Shown here: piece after piece, positions 57,741 through 62,028 of the stretch
Numbering within the stretch: the first letter of the stretch is position 1
Layout: each line of letters opens with the position of its first letter
Made by a program: the position numbers and the translations under genes
Virus record (IMG/VR): IMGVR_UViG_3300036715_003821
Coordinates: 1 to 62,028 of that record
Source: a virus
Taxonomy: Duplodnaviria; Caudoviricetes
Reading direction: 5' to 3' (one strand)
Length of the DNA: 62,028 bases
The notes under the pieces: generated by a model
What the model was told of the DNA's origin: nothing
What the model saw: the letters and a program-made list of their open reading frames with translations, nothing else
The model's database searches: none

Positions 57741-58801
57741 CAAACCTCAGAATAAGTTCTGTGATGTGATGTAAAATAACTTAAAATATGATAATGATCT
57801 TCAAAAAACAACTTTGGATTTGCCATTGCTTGGTTGATTTCAACCCATGAGGCGGATGCAGCGTCATCCCCACCTGTTACTTTTGGTAGCGATTTACCCG
57901 TACCTTCATAAAAGAAAGCATGAGTAATTGCTCTACCACGAGAACTTCTACTTGGATGATCAAAAACTTTTGATTCAACAAAAGTAAAATCCTTGTTTTT
58001 ATACAAATTTAAATTTGTCTCCTCCAACAACTCTCTTTTTGCACCATCAATAATTCTTTCATTTTGATTCAAGAATCCTCCGGGCAATGCCCATAAGCCT
58101 TTGCCAGGATTTATCTTTCTTTTAATTAAAAGAACATGACCATGATGACAAATAACACTATCCACTGTAACAAATGTTGGTGGAAATGGTACTGACGCCC
58201 ATTGACTCTTATAATTCTTTACATATTGATGTTCAGATTGAAGGGTTTTATGATCTGTAGTACCATTGTACAACTCCAAAAATGTTAGAGTACCCTTTGG
58301 TAGATAAGAGCGAACAGACTCTAATGTAAATTCTTTTCCAAAAATACTTTCACGTATGTCCGTTGCGTGGACTGTTGCAGGGAATGTAACCTCTGCCTCT
58401 CGATATGTCCACTGGGGAAACAAATCTAAATAATAAGAAGAGTCATCACTCTTACAACCTACCAATGCAATCTTTGGTTCATAATTTTTTGTCCATTTTG
58501 CATCAATAGCTTCAGATACTTTATGTTGTACCTGAGAAATCCAAACCTTATCATTGTAAAGGTAATCATTAATTTCAATAGTTGTAAATGGAAAGTCAAG
58601 CGAATTATTCAACATCGCTTTTCTTTGCTCAGGATTAAAAGGATTCCTGATATTCATCGAAGAATTGCATGATCCCAATAATACAATAACATTATGAGCA
58701 ATTTCATTTGCAGTGTTTAAAATATCTACATGCCCCAAATGTAGAGGTTGAAATCTACCAATAACAATAGCAAAGTCGTAATTCTTAAATTTTCCGTCCA
58801 T
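57740..58801 (-). CDS. nadM: bifunctional NMN adenylyltransferase / Nudix hydrolase (NadM-Nudix, NatV-like)
   Basis: GRFQPLHLGH, NPF, ATDIR; Nudix box LPGGF..E..AKRELLEET. Confidence 0.93.
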   Translation of the reverse strand: MDGKFKNYDFAIVIGRFQPLHLGHVDILNTANEIAHNVIVLLGSCNSSMNIRNPFNPEQRKAMLNNSLDFPFTTIEINDYLYNDKVWISQVQHKVSEAIDAKWTKNYEPKIALVGCKSDDSSYYLDLFPQWTYREAEVTFPATVHATDIRESIFGKEFTLESVRSYLPKGTLTFLELYNGTTDHKTLQSEHQYVKNYKSQWASVPFPPTFVTVDSVICHHGHVLLIKRKINPGKGLWALPGGFLNQNERIIDGAKRELLEETNLNLYKNKDFTFVESKVFDHPSRSSRGRAITHAFFYEGTGKSLPKVTGGDDAASASWVEINQAMANPKLFFEDHYHILSYFTSHHRTYSEV

Positions 58802-58805
58802 ATAA

Positions 58806-58841
58806 TCCTCCTTGGATATTTGTTTCGAAGCTACCTGCCTC
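58806..58841 (-). promoter_or_regulatory. leader hairpin plus AACAAAT box before the nadM RBS
   Basis: GAGGC-AGGTA-GCTTC..AACAAAT..AGGAGG. Confidence 0.55.
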
Positions 58842-58905
58842 TAGTTATATAACGAAGATTTAGTGGTTTGTACTTTTTTATATTAAGCGCGTGAGTTGCA
58901 CGTGC

Positions 58906-59040
58906 TTAATAATTCTCTTCTTTATCAAAAAACTCTTTATCCTTTTGTTTTTTTCTTTTATCTTTTTTGTTTTTATGTGCGCCCCCCGAATGACGTTTTG
59001 CTTTCATCATGGAGATTGCTGTATAGTTACGTACTGACAT
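58906..59040 (-). CDS. small basic protein, 44 aa
   Basis: MSVRNYTAISMMKAKRHSGGAHKNKKDK..; follows a promoter; stop overlapped by a hairpin. Confidence 0.6.
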   Translation of the reverse strand: MSVRNYTAISMMKAKRHSGGAHKNKKDKRKKQKDKEFFDKEENY

Positions 59041-59049
59041 ACTATCCTT

Positions 59050-59076
59050 AGTATAATCACGCCACCGCGGTGTCAA
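59050..59076 (-). promoter_or_regulatory. sigma70-type promoter
   Basis: TTGACA-ccgcggtggcgtgat-TATACT (15-nt spacer). Confidence 0.7.
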
Positions 59077-59091
59077 GGCGATGGGGTGTGG

Positions 59092-59742
59092 TTACGAATC
59101 ATTTGAAATTAAATGATTAGCTTTATATGCTCTATTATCGGTGTTATTTGTATCTTTTAAATAAACTTTTAATAACATATTTACATTTTCTTTTAAAGAA
59201 GATTTTACTCTTTTAAATTCATCATTTAATTTATATAATGCCCTATCAAATGCGGGTGGTCTATCAAATAATAATGAAGACAATACATTTATATAAGAAA
59301 TAATAATTGACTTTTCAATCTCAACATACGCATTATCTATTGAGTGATAAATGTTTATGATATCATTAAAATGAGTTTCATATTTTTCTTTTAATTTTGG
59401 TAATTTTGTAGATAAATCTTCTGATAGTGGCACAGAACATATGGCATTGACAAGAAAGCTAAGTATAAAAGTGCAATTATCAGAATTTAAATAATCAAAC
59501 AATTTATAAACATCTTCATTTAAAAGACAGTATAACAATGTTTTCTTGTACATTGGGTATATGTAATTTGATTCTTTGCATATATCCAACACATAAAGAC
59601 TTATTGTTTTTCTTTCTTCATTAGATAAAAGCCTTATACTTTCCTGATAATCATATGAATATAAAACATCAGAATTAGAATTTTCAATTGCCAACAACAT
59701 ATCGTTCAAAGATATTCTTGTTGAAGTGATTGGTTCAAACAT
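59092..59742 (-). CDS. hypothetical helical protein
   Basis: 216-aa ORF. Confidence 0.65.
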   Translation of the reverse strand: MFEPITSTRISLNDMLLAIENSNSDVLYSYDYQESIRLLSNEERKTISLYVLDICKESNYIYPMYKKTLLYCLLNEDVYKLFDYLNSDNCTFILSFLVNAICSVPLSEDLSTKLPKLKEKYETHFNDIINIYHSIDNAYVEIEKSIIISYINVLSSLLFDRPPAFDRALYKLNDEFKRVKSSLKENVNMLLKVYLKDTNNTDNRAYKANHLISNDS

Positions 59743-62028
59743 AATTCCTCATCTTGTTCTTGAATATTATTTATTTCTTTTTTTGCTTGTAGACTTTCAA
59801 CTACAACTCTGATTTCGGATTCTTTTTCTTTTTGAAATTGATCCATAACAACATCTATGAAAATGTTTTCCAATTTAGCAATTGATGAAACAAGCATTTC
59901 ATAAGAAATATTTTCTAGATATTCATTTTCAGATAATGCAAGCATTGTTACACCAACTGCTGATTGAAGAATTATTTCACCAGCTTTGCTGTTCATAATT
60001 TCTTCCGAGATATTGCCGTATTTCTCTAAAATCGCAATAAGGGTATGCTTTATAACCTGAGAAATGGTTTCCACGGATATTTTGTAACCGGACTTTACCA
60101 ATATTCTTTTAAATCTATCAAGATTTGGCTCTCTTGTTAAATCATTCATATCATAATCATCAGTTTCTATATCATGATCATTTGATGTAGATTCATCCAA
60201 CTCTTCTGAATAATATTCTTCTGCATCAATGCTATTTACATTTAAATATCTACCAGAAATATTATTTACATTTAAATGTTCATCAGAAATAGAGTCTAAT
60301 AAATACATGAATTCGTTTTTTCTTTGTTCTGATATTGAATCAATGTGTTTGATTTGTGTTTTTAATGAAATAATTGTCGCCAAAAACCCATCAATATATT
60401 GATTATTTGTTTTGTCAATATTATTTACAGTCTCATTTGCAAGTTCTGCTTTAATAATTTTTAGATATTTATTTTTTTCATTTTTTGGTAGTGAATCAAT
60501 TAATTTGATTATAGATTCAGATTCTTCCTTCATTGAATCAACATGCTCTGATAATTCTTTGGCAGAAAAACCTTTAATAACATCCTTCACCTGCTGCACT
60601 GACTCATTTTTAAATTCTTTATAAATGCCTTTACCCTTACTTTCACTTTCTTTCGGGTCAAATCCTTTAATCATTTCAATATAATTATCCAAACCTGTTT
60701 TTGGAATTTGTTTTAAAAATGATGATTGTATATTTTGCGAAAGATCATGGCTTGATATCTTTCTGATATTTCCAAGTTTTGTATCTCGTTCGGAAATTAT
60801 TTCTTTAAGTTGCTCTTGTGCAGGACTTTGTCCTTGTACCCCACCTATTCCGAGTGTTTTATTATATTGTTCTTTCATCATTGCCTGCGATTTCTTTTGG
60901 AATAATTCATCCAATAAATTATTGGATTCTTTTATATATTCCGTGTTGTTTATTAGTGGGTATTTATTTTCTACATATTTAAAATCCATTGGATTAAAAT
61001 GAATACCATTTACAAACCATTTTTGAGTACCATCTCCTTTTATAACAGCAGGTCCATCTTCTCGATGAAGATGCCCATTTTTATAAAAGTATGTTGAATA
61101 ATCATCAACAACTCGTATAATACCCGTAAATTCATGTGATGCTTCAAAAACATCATTTGTAGATCCAGCAAATTTTAATACATATTCATTTTTATCAAAT
61201 ATATCTTGTGCTTGTTGTTTTAACTTATCTGATAATTCTTTTTCTTTTTTTGTTGAATCAACTTTTTCTTTAACCATCTCATTATAATAATCTACATCTG
61301 TTTTGGGATTATTAAGTTCTTCAAACATTTTCTTTAGATCATTATTTATTTGATCAAATGATTCTTTCATTTCACTTAAAGATCCTGATATTTTCTTTAC
61401 ATCTTCTTTGAGTAATTCATTACTTTGTTTTGACAATTTAGAAAATTCTTTATCAGAGATTTCTTTACTATCATTTGTTTTTATTTTATTTTTTAAATTA
61501 ATATAATTTTCAAAGTCAATTTCATCGAGCATAAAGCCATTTATCCAATATTCTTTTTCGTCTTTATTTTCGACAGCGGGTCCATCTTCCCTATGTAGTT
61601 TATCATTTATAAACCAAGCTTTATAATTACCTTCTTCTATAGCAGGTCCATCTTCCCGATGCAACTTGCCATCTTTATAATAACGAATATCACCAGTGTG
61701 TGTTATTTTACAAGAACCTGTAAAATTTAATGGTATATTATTTAGTTTCTCAAACTCTACAATCATATTTGATACTTTTTGTTTAAATTCTTCTTCTGAA
61801 TACTTTATACCTTCAATAAACCAAGAGTTATTTCCATTAGGGTACTCAATAGCTGGACCATCTTCTCGATGAAGATGACCATTTTGATACCATTCTTTAA
61901 CACCATCTTCATATTCAGCGGCAGGACCATCTTCCCGATGAGTTTTACCATTTAAATACCATAATTTGACGCCATCTTCATATTCAACAGCAGGTCCATC
62001 TTCCCGATGCAACTTGCCATCTTTATAA
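59706..62028 (-). CDS. large HREDGPA-repeat protein with C-terminal helical domain (5' end outside window)
   Basis: Six HREDGPA repeats in the visible part; frame open to the window end. Confidence 0.8.
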   Translation of the reverse strand, partial: YKDGKLHREDGPAVEYEDGVKLWYLNGKTHREDGPAAEYEDGVKEWYQNGHLHREDGPAIEYPNGNNSWFIEGIKYSEEEFKQKVSNMIVEFEKLNNIPLNFTGSCKITHTGDIRYYKDGKLHREDGPAIEEGNYKAWFINDKLHREDGPAVENKDEKEYWINGFMLDEIDFENYINLKNKIKTNDSKEISDKEFSKLSKQSNELLKEDVKKISGSLSEMKESFDQINNDLKKMFEELNNPKTDVDYYNEMVKEKVDSTKKEKELSDKLKQQAQDIFDKNEYVLKFAGSTNDVFEASHEFTGIIRVVDDYSTYFYKNGHLHREDGPAVIKGDGTQKWFVNGIHFNPMDFKYVENKYPLINNTEYIKESNNLLDELFQKKSQAMMKEQYNKTLGIGGVQGQSPAQEQLKEIISERDTKLGNIRKISSHDLSQNIQSSFLKQIPKTGLDNYIEMIKGFDPKESESKGKGIYKEFKNESVQQVKDVIKGFSAKELSEHVDSMKEESESIIKLIDSLPKNEKNKYLKIIKAELANETVNNIDKTNNQYIDGFLATIISLKTQIKHIDSISEQRKNEFMYLLDSISDEHLNVNNISGRYLNVNSIDAEEYYSEELDESTSNDHDIETDDYDMNDLTREPNLDRFKRILVKSGYKISVETISQVIKHTLIAILEKYGNISEEIMNSKAGEIILQSAVGVTMLALSENEYLENISYEMLVSSIAKLENIFIDVVMDQFQKEKESEIRVVVESLQAKKEINNIQEQDEELCLNQSLQQEYL
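61641..62028 (+). repeat. exact 40-nt repeat (61641-61680 = 61989-62028)
   Basis: agcaggtccatcttcccgatgcaacttgccatctttataa; the window ends on the second copy. Confidence 0.9.

Noticed and set aside
11530-59076. GC-rich intergenic islands as tRNA or ncRNA genes
   Set aside because: Too short, with no cloverleaf or T-loop; explained by -35/-10 promoter architecture.
655-60624. Numerous short antisense or out-of-frame ORFs in the track (e.g. 655..915, 10928..11182, 46221..46547, 60412..60624)
   Set aside because: They shadow well-supported genes and show no motifs or RBS.

Overview
A 62-kb segment of an AT-rich (roughly 28-30% GC by eye), gene-dense jumbo/huge bacteriophage genome read in the standard bacterial code (TAG is used as a stop). 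Most genes lie on the minus strand. No capsid, terminase, rRNA, tRNA or CRISPR array is visible. It encodes: nucleotide and NAD metabolism (ThyA, DHFR, Nampt plus NadM-Nudix, i.e. a NARP2-type NAD salvage pair); RNA repair and processing (PNKP, two RNA ligases, TrmH-type methylase, Suv3-like helicase); DNA metabolism (ATP-dependent ligase, UvrD-like helicase, 5'-3' exonuclease, HNH); chaperone-like functions (GroES, MoxR AAA plus VWA); four glyco-enzymes; three kinase-like proteins; and an intact TnpB with a second orphan TnpB 3' end. Patterns the gene list does not explain: (1) eight paralogues, most with an (N/D)DEGG-type motif, flanking the ligase; (2) about 14 sigma70-type promoters with GC-rich spacers, several embedded in genes; (3) a shared C-AGGTA-G hairpin plus AACAAAT leader on both NAD genes; (4) a DUF4388/PATAN plus Roadblock signalling protein, suggesting a myxobacterium-like host; (5) an N-terminal K-x-A/S motif in likely virion proteins; (6) many pseudogenes. 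All family calls come from motif recognition by eye, not from database searches.
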